Positions 17,551 to 26,055 of a DNA stretch of 44,338 nucleotides are shown in pieces. Origin of the DNA: Coriobacteriia bacterium. GTDB taxonomy: Bacteria > Actinomycetota > Coriobacteriia > Anaerosomatales > SLCP01. Position numbers and translations under genes: made by a program. Under the pieces are notes generated by a model. That model saw only the letters and a program-made list of their open reading frames with translations. It was not told where the DNA came from and did not search any database. Where the stretch lies: contig JAVEVF010000002.1 in the NCBI GenBank assembly GCA_034005175.1, forward strand, positions 1 through 44,338, in the 5' to 3' direction. The stretch's first letter is position 1; every line of letters starts with the position of its first letter.

Positions 17551-20500
17551 CGGCGGCGCGCCGTGTCGAACCCGTCAATCACCACAGTCGTCCCCGAGCT
17601 TGCGACGTCCTTGATGCCCAGCACGCGCAGTTCGACGGTGTGCTTGCCCGAGCTCAAGCCATCTATGATGAGCAGCGGCTGTTGATGCAGCAACCCAGGC
17701 CCGTACTGCGAGACCGTCTTGTACTTGCGGCCATCAACGTACACATCGAACTTCCCGTACGCAGGGCCCTTGACGCCGATGATGGCCACCGCTTCGCCCG
17801 TGAACTGCGCTGTCATACGCGATCCTGCGGTCTTCGTGTAGGCGTAGCCGCGGCCAGAGAACATCGAGTTGGTTGAGAGCACCCATGCACCGGTGCGGAC
17901 CACAGGTGCAGAGTTCTCCTCTAGAACCCCTATCGCATCAGGCAGTGAAGGCGTAGCGGCCCGCAAGGCGTCCACAACGATGATGGTGTTCGCGCTGGCG
18001 GCTTCCTTGGTCCCGAGCGCACGGATAGTCACCGTGTGCAGCCGGTTCTCGAGGTTGTCCGCCCGCCAGATCGTCTGGCCGAGCGCGGTGGAGGGCGCGT
18101 ACTGGCTCACGATTCCCTGCTTGACCCCGTCGAGATAGACTTCGGCCTGACCGTACGAGGGTGTCTTCGGCCCCAGCCATTCGACTGACGTTCCTCTGAA
18201 GGACATGCGCAAGGTCGGACCTGGTGTTGAGGCGTACGCGTATCCGCCACCAGAATACGCAGCCGACGTGCCAAAGACCCAGCGCCCTGCCGACCTCACT
18301 TCCGGTGCATTCTCCTCATATGTGGTCACCGTGGACTGCCCCGGCGGACGCTCGGTAGAAAAAGCGTCGACCACAATCGTATTCCCTGAGCTCGCAGCTT
18401 CGCGGGCACCTTGCACACCGATGACCAGCGTGTGCCTCCCTGAAGACAGACCTGTTACAGACCACACGGTCTTCTGGACCGCTGTCGCTGCACTGTACTG
18501 ACTGACGGTGGTCTGCTTCTTGCCATCGATGTACACATCCGCCAATCCATAAGAAGAGGCTTTGGGTCCCACCCAGTAGATGGAGCTGCCGGTGAACTCG
18601 ACGATCGCGTAGCTGCCGAGATCGCGTGCGTACCGGTATCCGCCACCCGAATGAGCAGAACCACTGGCTGCATACCAGTTGCCCACGTACCGGACCGAAG
18701 GATCGGACTCCTCAGCCCAGCCGGAGAACGGGATGCCCGACCCCGAGAGATCCGGCCGCGTAGAATCACTCACATCAAACGCATCGATGACGATGATGTT
18801 GCCGCTGCTAGCAGCCTCGCACGTTCCAGCCACTCGGATGACCACAGTGTGCTCGCCCGCTGGTAGCCCGCTCACCGACCACACGGTCTGCTGCAGCTGT
18901 GTCGCAGCGGAGTACTGACTCACCGTCGGCTGCTTCTTTCCATCAAGCCAGATCTCCGCCTGTCCGTACGATGCTGACTTCGGCCCCACCCATGCAAACG
19001 AGGTACCTTGGAAGGTAGCCATCACCGTCGCACCCGCAACCGACGAATAGCGATAGCCACCGCCTGAATGTGAGGCGCCAGTCGCACTCACCCAGTTGCC
19101 CGAGTAGCCGAGTCTGCCCTCGCTCTCCTCGAACCGAGCGGCGTTTCCAAGATCGGGAAGCGTGAGCGGCGGCATGGCCATGCTTATCCGGAACGCGTCA
19201 GCCACGACGATGGTCCCTGTGCTGGCGGCGTCCTTGGTGCCTGTGACACGTATGACCATCGTGTGCTCGCCATCGGCAAGCCCGCTCGCCTGCCAGATGG
19301 TCTGTTGGTAGGACGCGGTTGGGGCATACTGGCTTATGACACCGCGGCTCACGCCATCGATGAACACCTCGGCGCGTCCGTACGACGGAGCTTTCGGCCC
19401 GATCCACGCCACCGTGGTGCCTTTGAACTTGAATGTGATCGTCGCCCCGGCGGCCTTCGAGTACACATAGCTGCCTCCCGAGTGCACCGAGCCCGTGCCG
19501 GTCGTCCAGGCACCAACGTAGTTGATGCGCGCGTCGTTCTGCTCGAACGTCGCCGAGGTAGCGTCTTCGGGGACGGTGAGAACGCTGTCGCCGTTGATGG
19601 TGAACATCGTCGAGCGCAGTCCGAGCTTGCTGCGAAATGCATCGCCGCCAAGCGTCGTCTTCGCGCCGTTAGCGAGTGTGAGCGCCACGCTCCTCACATG
19701 GCCGCTGGGCGCGGTGTTGGCAACCGCCGAGACCACAGCTGATGACAGTCCCAGCTTGCTTGCCAACGTCGTACCGCTGTAGGTGGTTGGCGAGCCCCAT
19801 GAGGTAGCCCACGGCGCACCGGAGGTGGGCGATACGCCCGCCTCGTAGGGGTCTGGGACCCCTCTGAGGTAGGGTTGCGAGCTTCCTCCCCATACATCTT
19901 CGACGTTTGCGGTATGCCCGCCGGAAGATGCGAAGAAGAACGCCCGCACGATCGTGGAGCCGTACTTGGCCACCTGACGCCAGGTGGAATCGACGGCCGA
20001 GTTGCTGCGCGCTGCCTCATGCATGGTGGGCTTGGCCCGGTCTGCCCCGATAGAATGGCCATGGTAGACCTGGCTGTAGACCGTGCAGTACAGCTCGCTT
20101 CGCGTCTCGGTGTACGCATACGAGCGCGCCGCGACAGCCTGAGCTTTCAGCGCCTCCAAGTGCCATGAAGAAGGCATCTCTCGTGGCACTACCCCATAGA
20201 GGTACGACTCCGCGTCTATCTCATTGACGAGCCTCACCCTGCCAGCTTCGGGCTGTATCCGGAAGACGCCCCTGTAACGCACATAGGCGCGATCGAACGG
20301 CCCCGACGCCCCCACGATCTGCAACAATGATGAGTCGCGCACCGATGCTGACGCACCACGAATATCAAATGCGTCAAGCACGATCGCCGTACCACTGCTC
20401 GCACCGTCCTTGGTGCCTGTGGGTTGGATCTTCAGCGTATGCTCGCCTTCAGGCAGGCCGCTTATGGACCAGATCGCCTGCTGGTAGGCGACGGTCGGAG

Positions 20501-21263
20501 CGTACTGACTCACGACACCGCGGCTTGTGCCATCGATGAACACCTCGGCCCGCCCGTACGATGGCGCCTTCGGCCCGATCCACGCGATAGAGGTGCCGCG
20601 GAACTTGACCGTGCTCGAGGAACTCGCAGCACTTGCATAGGAATACCCGCCGCCCGAGTGCACTGTCGCGCTTCCGGAAACCCACTTCCCTGAGTAGGCG
20701 ATGAGCGGGTTTGTCTCTTCAGTGTATTCGACGGCGGGTCCGCTCTGCGCGACACGGGTCTGCCCGCTGAACGTCCGCCACAGGGCACCTGTCGCGGCGT
20801 CACGCACTTCGACCGATGAACCCGAAGCGGTGAAGCTATACGAAGTGTCTGCTGGTGTGGTGACGCCGTTTACGACAAGCCGTCTGCCAGCGACTCCTGG
20901 CCGTACAACCCAAGAAGCGCGGTTCCCGCGCGCTGCATCCAGGTTCACTGTGACCGTCTTCGGCGATGCGGCAGCAAGCTTGGTGCCCTGGAAGTAGTGC
21001 TGGATTATCTGGCCGTAGCTGTATCCAGCGGTCTCGGCGAACCCTCGCGCTCCCCATTGGCTGAGCCCGATCCCGTGGCCCCACCCCTTGCCTGTGATGC
21101 TGAACGTAGAGGCGGCCTCAGCGGGTGCCACGCCAGAAGACAAGGCCGCACAAACCAGGATGAACACCAGGGACATCCTGGTGATGCGACCGAATACGAC
21201 CCGCCTGAGGGGGGTTGTGAGATGCATGTTCCGGCCTTTCAGATCCTGCGACATGTGCTGCAA
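17547..21263 (-). CDS. Secreted SpoIID/LytB-domain peptidoglycan-remodelling protein carrying six copies of the shared ~125-aa module
   Basis: Signal/anchor RRVVFGRITRMSLVFILVCAALSSGVAPAEA. GKGWGHGIGLSQWGARG motif. SpoIID core: YLYGVVPREMPSSWHLEALKAQAVAARSYAY ... FFFASSGGHTANVEDVWGG..PYLRGVPDPYE. Modules lie at aa ~179-301 and 572-1233. The start may be the internal ATG at 21227. Confidence 0.85.
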   Translation of the reverse strand: MQHMSQDLKGRNMHLTTPLRRVVFGRITRMSLVFILVCAALSSGVAPAEAASTFSITGKGWGHGIGLSQWGARGFAETAGYSYGQIIQHYFQGTKLAAASPKTVTVNLDAARGNRASWVVRPGVAGRRLVVNGVTTPADTSYSFTASGSSVEVRDAATGALWRTFSGQTRVAQSGPAVEYTEETNPLIAYSGKWVSGSATVHSGGGYSYASAASSSSTVKFRGTSIAWIGPKAPSYGRAEVFIDGTSRGVVSQYAPTVAYQQAIWSISGLPEGEHTLKIQPTGTKDGASSGTAIVLDAFDIRGASASVRDSSLLQIVGASGPFDRAYVRYRGVFRIQPEAGRVRLVNEIDAESYLYGVVPREMPSSWHLEALKAQAVAARSYAYTETRSELYCTVYSQVYHGHSIGADRAKPTMHEAARSNSAVDSTWRQVAKYGSTIVRAFFFASSGGHTANVEDVWGGSSQPYLRGVPDPYEAGVSPTSGAPWATSWGSPTTYSGTTLASKLGLSSAVVSAVANTAPSGHVRSVALTLANGAKTTLGGDAFRSKLGLRSTMFTINGDSVLTVPEDATSATFEQNDARINYVGAWTTGTGSVHSGGSYVYSKAAGATITFKFKGTTVAWIGPKAPSYGRAEVFIDGVSRGVISQYAPTASYQQTIWQASGLADGEHTMVIRVTGTKDAASTGTIVVADAFRISMAMPPLTLPDLGNAARFEESEGRLGYSGNWVSATGASHSGGGYRYSSVAGATVMATFQGTSFAWVGPKSASYGQAEIWLDGKKQPTVSQYSAATQLQQTVWSVSGLPAGEHTVVIRVAGTCEAASSGNIIVIDAFDVSDSTRPDLSGSGIPFSGWAEESDPSVRYVGNWYAASGSAHSGGGYRYARDLGSYAIVEFTGSSIYWVGPKASSYGLADVYIDGKKQTTVSQYSAATAVQKTVWSVTGLSSGRHTLVIGVQGAREAASSGNTIVVDAFSTERPPGQSTVTTYEENAPEVRSAGRWVFGTSAAYSGGGYAYASTPGPTLRMSFRGTSVEWLGPKTPSYGQAEVYLDGVKQGIVSQYAPSTALGQTIWRADNLENRLHTVTIRALGTKEAASANTIIVVDALRAATPSLPDAIGVLEENSAPVVRTGAWVLSTNSMFSGRGYAYTKTAGSRMTAQFTGEAVAIIGVKGPAYGKFDVYVDGRKYKTVSQYGPGLLHQQPLLIIDGLSSGKHTVELRVLGIKDVASSGTTVVIDGFDTARRR
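17565..19550 (-). repeat. Five tandem coding copies of the shared ~125-aa SGG-Y / SQY / DAF module (C-terminal array of the SpoIID-like protein)
   Basis: Example unit: FEQNDARINYVGAWTTGTGSVHSGGSYVYSKAAGATITFKFKGTTVAWIGPKAPSYGRAEVFIDGVSRGVISQYAPTASYQQTIWQASGLADGEHTMVIRVTGTKDAASTGTIVVADAF. Counted by hand as aa 572-1233. Confidence 0.8.
20361..20729 (-). repeat. Single copy of the shared module, placed between the GHG..SQWGA motif and the SpoIID core
   Basis: YTEETNPLIAYSGKWVSGSATVHSGGGYSYASAASSSSTVKFRGTSIAWIGPKAPSYGRAEVFIDGTSRGVVSQYAPTVAYQQAIWSISGLPEGEHTLKIQPTGTKDGASSGTAIVLDAFDI (aa ~179-301). Confidence 0.75.
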
Positions 21264-21461
21264 CCGAGCTGCGTCTATTCGGCGATGACCGGCTATCTAC
21301 TTCCACGATTCTACCATACGCGATGGGTGGTCTTGGTTGAGGCGCTCGTGGCCAGGTAACAGTGGCGCTACACTGTGCAGCGGGTGCTCATGCCCTCCGA
21401 TACCATGTGAGATGCTGTTCTTGGCCGGAGTCGACCTGTCTGATCTATCGATGGAGGGGAT

Positions 21462-22667
21462 GTGCCCCCACGTTTGCGCACCAAGCTCGCCACGTGGTCA
21501 ATCGTGTTGCTGTCCCCTGTGGTCATGGTGCTTGATCGGCTCATTCCAAAACAACCCGACCTGTGGGTCTTCGGTGTCGGCCGCCCAACCCAATGGCATG
21601 GCAATCCGCAAGCCGTCTACGAGGCGGTCAGACATCGGCCGGATGTCCGCGCGGTTGTGGTCGCCGGACGCGTGTATCCGGCCGCGCTTGACCCCGATCA
21701 TGACATGATCGTCTCGGGATGGCGGTCTTTGTGGCGTCTCCTTAGGGCGGGCGTCATCATCGTCCATCACGGCAAGGCCGACATCCCATTCGCTGGCATC
21801 ACTTGCAACCGACGCCTGGTAGTGAACCTCTGGCATGGCATCCCTCTCAAGGGCGTCCTCTACACAGGCTGGAACGACATCAAGGGACAGCGCGCACGCA
21901 CGCTCAATGCCGAGGTCCGGTTCAACTCGGCATTCATCGCAAGCTCTGCTGTCGACCGTCTTGCGATGGCGGCCAGCACGCGAATGCCGCTGCGTGACGT
22001 CTGGGTCACCGGTTTGCCGCGCAACGACTGGTTGCTTGCACCTGAAGACATGCTCCCCCCAGATGTCCGCCGCTCTCTGGACAGGCTGCGCACCGAGCTC
22101 GGTGGGCGGCGTCTGGTGCTGTACGCTCCCACATTCCGCGATTCTGGCAGCGGCATCTACTCATTCACCGACGACGAACGCACCGCGCTTTCCCGTTTGC
22201 TGGCATCGCACGACGCGGTATTGGGGGTGCGCACGCACCTGAACGAGAACGCTGTAGCGCAGCTCGCATCGGAGCCGTGGGCCCTCGATCTCAAGCCCTC
22301 GCGCTATCCCGAAACGCAAGCCGTTCTGCGCTCGACCGACGTGCTCATCTCTGACTACTCCTCGATCTGGATCGATTACCTCTTGCTGGATCGCCCCATC
22401 ATCGGCCTCACGCATGACCTAGAAACGTACCGGGCCGGCCGAAACCTCCTCTATGACATCGAGGACGTCTATGGGGGGCCTTTGGTGGGAGATGGTCACG
22501 GACTTGTCCTCGAGCTCGAGCAAGCGCTCGCAAGGCGGCCCAGCGCAGAATCCGCACGCCGACGCGCGCATGCACGTGGCCTGTTCTTCACACACCTTGA
22601 TGCCGGCTCCACCGCACGCACGGTGGAGCGGATCTTACAGGAGACAGAGGGTGCCCGTGCAAGCTGA
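21462..22667 (+). CDS. TagF/TagB-family CDP-alditol (glycerol/ribitol) phosphotransferase (Glyphos_transf)
   Basis: LVLYAPTFRDSG and STDVLISDYSSIWIDYLLLDRPIIGLTHDLETY are the family-typical motifs. The start (GTG 21462) is uncertain because the SD spacing is short. Confidence 0.82.
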   Translation: MPPRLRTKLATWSIVLLSPVVMVLDRLIPKQPDLWVFGVGRPTQWHGNPQAVYEAVRHRPDVRAVVVAGRVYPAALDPDHDMIVSGWRSLWRLLRAGVIIVHHGKADIPFAGITCNRRLVVNLWHGIPLKGVLYTGWNDIKGQRARTLNAEVRFNSAFIASSAVDRLAMAASTRMPLRDVWVTGLPRNDWLLAPEDMLPPDVRRSLDRLRTELGGRRLVLYAPTFRDSGSGIYSFTDDERTALSRLLASHDAVLGVRTHLNENAVAQLASEPWALDLKPSRYPETQAVLRSTDVLISDYSSIWIDYLLLDRPIIGLTHDLETYRAGRNLLYDIEDVYGGPLVGDGHGLVLELEQALARRPSAESARRRAHARGLFFTHLDAGSTARTVERILQETEGARAS

Positions 22668-24045
22668 AGACGCACGCAAAGGGCTGGGCCTGCGCAAGGT
22701 GGGTCGTGATGCGGGCCAGACCATGGCTGTCGAGATCTGGAGCATCAGCCTCGGGCTTGCGCTTTCCATTCTTCTAGCTCGCACGCTTGGCCCTGAAGGC
22801 AATGGGCTGTACGCGCTTGCTTTGCTCCTGCCGACCACGATGGCCCAGATGCTCAACCTCGGCGTCGCCCCCGCCAACATCTACTACGTAGGCCGAGGAG
22901 AGATATCGCTCTCGCGCGCAATGAAGACGACGACGTGGTTCGGCATCATCCTCGGACTAGTCGGTCTCGTGATGGCTCCGCTGATCGTCCATTACCGCGG
23001 CGCACAGTGGTTCCCAGGCGTCCCCTCGTCGTTGATGCTGCTGGCTTTCGCCGCATACCCCATCGGTTTGTTCCAGGCGTACTACATCACGCTGCTCACG
23101 GCCGTGAAGGACTTCCGGCGCTTCAACCGCACCCTGGCGGTCATGCCAACAGTCACGATCGTACTCGCCGCGCTTTTCATCTTCCCCTTGGGCATGGGGG
23201 TTGCCGGAGCAGTGCTCGCCTACCTGCTCGGCCAGGGCGCTGGCACCATCATGTCCCGCATCTCACTGAACGTGCACCTCAAGGCTGCCGAGGACAGCGA
23301 TGACGGGGAGGGCTGGTGGGAATACGGCCAGCGCTGCATTCGATATGGGTGGAAAGCTCATCTCAGCAACATACTTGCGTACGTGAACTATCGGGCCGAC
23401 GTGTTTCTCGTCAACTTCTTTCTCAATCCAGCGCTCGTCGGCATCTACTTCGTCGCTGTTCAGGTTGCCGAGCGGCTGTGGCTGCCTTCCAAGGTGCTGA
23501 GCACCGTTCTTCTGCCACGCATGGCGGAGATGCACGCGACATCTGACACCCGCGAGATCACCCCGCTCATGAGCCGGCTCGTCTTATGGGGAACGGTGAT
23601 CATCTGTCTACTCGTTGCCGCCGTAGCGACACCGGTCATCAGGTTGTTGTTCGGTGAAGCATACCTCGCCTCGATACCGCCCTTGCTCTGGCTGCTTCCC
23701 GGCATCGCCCTGGCGAGCAGCTCGCGCATCGTGGCAAACGACTTCGCGGCGCGAGGGCGACCCGAATGGAACTCATGGTTGTCTGCTGCCGTCCTCGGCG
23801 TGAACATCATCACCAACATCGTGTTGATCCCACGTTGGGGCCTGAACGGCGCTGCCATCGCCACCACGATCTCATACGTCTTCAACATGGTCGTCAAGAC
23901 GATCATCTACTCGCGCGTCACCAAGTCACCCTGGTACGACCAGGTCGTTCCGCGCGCAGAGGACTTCCGTCTGCTCGCCACCGGCGTTGCCCTCGCTAAA
24001 GACATGGTGCTGAGGAGGCTTCGCCGTGATTCGCAAGACCGATGA
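22657..24045 (+). CDS. Wzx-type (MOP superfamily) polysaccharide flippase
   Basis: Polytopic membrane protein with ILLARTLGPEGNGLYALA near the N-terminus. GTG 22657 is preferred (GAGG 6 nt upstream, 11-nt overlap with the TagF-like gene), with ATG 22723 as the alternative. The track start at 22453 lies inside the upstream gene. Confidence 0.78.
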   Translation: MQAEDARKGLGLRKVGRDAGQTMAVEIWSISLGLALSILLARTLGPEGNGLYALALLLPTTMAQMLNLGVAPANIYYVGRGEISLSRAMKTTTWFGIILGLVGLVMAPLIVHYRGAQWFPGVPSSLMLLAFAAYPIGLFQAYYITLLTAVKDFRRFNRTLAVMPTVTIVLAALFIFPLGMGVAGAVLAYLLGQGAGTIMSRISLNVHLKAAEDSDDGEGWWEYGQRCIRYGWKAHLSNILAYVNYRADVFLVNFFLNPALVGIYFVAVQVAERLWLPSKVLSTVLLPRMAEMHATSDTREITPLMSRLVLWGTVIICLLVAAVATPVIRLLFGEAYLASIPPLLWLLPGIALASSSRIVANDFAARGRPEWNSWLSAAVLGVNIITNIVLIPRWGLNGAAIATTISYVFNMVVKTIIYSRVTKSPWYDQVVPRAEDFRLLATGVALAKDMVLRRLRRDSQDR

Positions 24046-25189
24046 GGTGACGTGTTCCTCAACCAGCAAGCGTCTCAGCGTCCTTGTGCTCACGCACCTC
24101 TTTCCGTCGAGTGCCGCGCCAGGTCGCGGCTCGTTCGTCAAAGAGCAATGTGAGGCGCTCGCCCAAGTCTGCGACGTCAGCGTGGTGACTGGACGCTGGG
24201 ATATCGCTGCACGCACCGAGGAGAGCACGCCGGAGGGCATTCGTGTCATCTCCCTCCCTCTCGCTGCGCCACGTGCGCTGCCTTCAGCCATGCGGGTCGC
24301 AGCAGCTGTTCCGGGGTACATCCGAGCAGCGCTGCGCGAGATCGAGGCCATGCCATCTCGCCCCGACATCATTCACGCTCATTTCGCAGTACCTGATGGC
24401 GTGACAGCCGTGCGAGTGGGCGCGCGTGCGCACATTCCTGTGGTGGTCACCTTGCACGGTTCGGATTTCAACAGGCAGATGACCCGCCCGGTCGTGGGCA
24501 GATGGGTGGCAAAGGAGATCTCTCGCGCTCAAGCGATAATAGGCGTGAGTCGGCAGCTCGCCGAGGGCTACGCGCGGCGTGTACCGCAGGCTGCTGATCG
24601 AGTCACTTTCATCCATAACGGCTATAATGCCCGGCTGTTCTCCTACGAGCCCAAGGCAAGCGCGGGGCCCTTCCTGTTCATCGGCGCGCTCAAGCCCGTC
24701 AAACAGCCGCTCGTGCTCATCGAAGCGTTCGCCCGCATCGCGCCTCACACACAGCGTGACCTCGTTGTCATCGGCGAAGGGCCTCTACGCGACGAAGTGA
24801 TGCTCGCAGTCGATATGCACGGTTTGCGTGATCGCGTCCACCTCCTGGGACAGATCCCCCATGACCTCTTGCCTCAGCATCTGCACCAAGCCGCCGCGCT
24901 CGTTCTCCCGAGCCGGACCGAGGGTTTTGGCATGGTGGTCATCGAGAGCCTGGCGACCGGCACACCAGTCATCGCAAGCGCGGTAGGCGCGATTCCCGAC
25001 CTTATCACGCCTGGCTTGTCAGGGATGCTCGTCACACCCGGTGATGTCGACGGCCTTGCTGCTGCGATGCAACAGGCTGAACAAACCACCTGGGACAACG
25101 AGACCATCGCTCAGCAGGCCCCGGTGATCGATTGGACCGAGAACGCCCGCCGCGTCATCAAGTTGTACCAGCGTGTCCTCGGCGATTAG
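24026..25189 (+). CDS. GT4-family glycosyltransferase
   Basis: LSVLVLTHLFPS..., HAHFAVPDG, and C-terminal LVLPSRTEGFGMVVIESLATGTPVIASAVGAIPDLI. GAGGAGG lies 7 nt upstream of GTG 24026. Confidence 0.85.
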   Translation: MIRKTDEVTCSSTSKRLSVLVLTHLFPSSAAPGRGSFVKEQCEALAQVCDVSVVTGRWDIAARTEESTPEGIRVISLPLAAPRALPSAMRVAAAVPGYIRAALREIEAMPSRPDIIHAHFAVPDGVTAVRVGARAHIPVVVTLHGSDFNRQMTRPVVGRWVAKEISRAQAIIGVSRQLAEGYARRVPQAADRVTFIHNGYNARLFSYEPKASAGPFLFIGALKPVKQPLVLIEAFARIAPHTQRDLVVIGEGPLRDEVMLAVDMHGLRDRVHLLGQIPHDLLPQHLHQAAALVLPSRTEGFGMVVIESLATGTPVIASAVGAIPDLITPGLSGMLVTPGDVDGLAAAMQQAEQTTWDNETIAQQAPVIDWTENARRVIKLYQRVLGD

Positions 25190-25230
25190 ACTCAGCGCTG
25201 CCTGAGCTTCCCTCATCGCCCACTCGCCTG

Positions 25231-25908
25231 CTACTCGCGCACGAACTCGTTAGCGCGTGCGAGATCCTCGGCGAAGTCCACCTCGATGCAGTCCAGATCG
25301 CTGATGTCGACCGGGTAGAGCCGCAGACCCTCCGCGATGGCAAGCTCAAGTCCCCGCTCGAAATAGTCGTTGTCATCAACGACCTCGAGTTTCTCTCTCA
25401 CAAGATCAAGATCGGCAGCCTTGATGAAGTTCACACCCACAGCCTCGCCTAGGCCACCCTCTACCACCTTTGAGACCGCCGAGATCGAACCGTCGGCGGC
25501 GGTCAAGTACTTGACCTCCTCCTCGGCAACACGTGCGGTATTCACCGCCATCGCAGATGTTGGTGAAGCCAGCACCCTGCTAAGCACCCGAGGATCGAAG
25601 ACAACGTCGCCATTGAGGAAGACAGCGTCCTCACCGCGCACTCTTGATAGACCCTTCAGAAGGCTCTTCGAGGTGTTCGTGGAGTCGAACCGCTCGTTGT
25701 AGACGTACGTGAGATCAGGGAACTCCTCGACTATCAGCTCCATCTTGAAACCCACCACCACGATGATGTCGTGGATAGAGAGATGGTTTAGAAGATGGCT
25801 GACCTGCTGTTGCATGATTGATGACCCATTATCGAGCACGGTAAGCGGCTTCGGGAACGGGTTACCGAGGCGTGAGCCAATGCCTGCCGCAAGAATGACT
25901 GCCTTCAT
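25231..25908 (-). CDS. LicC-like NTP_transferase-family nucleotidyltransferase (phospho-alcohol or sugar-1-P cytidylyl/nucleotidyl transferase, substrate unknown)
   Basis: MKAVILAAGIGSRLG...PKPL signature, and overall layout like pneumococcal LicC-type enzymes. Start set at ATG 25908, with GAGGAG SD upstream. The track ORF extends to 26055. Confidence 0.78.
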   Translation of the reverse strand: MKAVILAAGIGSRLGNPFPKPLTVLDNGSSIMQQQVSHLLNHLSIHDIIVVVGFKMELIVEEFPDLTYVYNERFDSTNTSKSLLKGLSRVRGEDAVFLNGDVVFDPRVLSRVLASPTSAMAVNTARVAEEEVKYLTAADGSISAVSKVVEGGLGEAVGVNFIKAADLDLVREKLEVVDDNDYFERGLELAIAEGLRLYPVDISDLDCIEVDFAEDLARANEFVRE

Positions 25909-26055
25909 GGTTCTCCTCGATCTCACTGACTTCACTGACGATCGCCGCTCTGGGCCGTCAGCACGGACGCATCCGCCAGTATAGGAGATGTGACGTGTGG
26001 GGTGCATGCACGTCGTAATGCGGCGCGGATCGACACATAGCGCAGCTTGCAGCAC

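Noticed and set aside
25190-25230. Bidirectional terminator between the convergent GT4 and nucleotidyltransferase genes
   Set aside because: Only a 5-bp CTCAG/CTGAG stem is present in the 41-bp gap, which is too weak to call.
25923-25939. Direct repeat TCACTGAC-t-TCACTGAC just upstream of the nucleotidyltransferase RBS
   Set aside because: Two 8-mers are too short to separate from chance, and no regulator gene or second copy elsewhere supports an operator.
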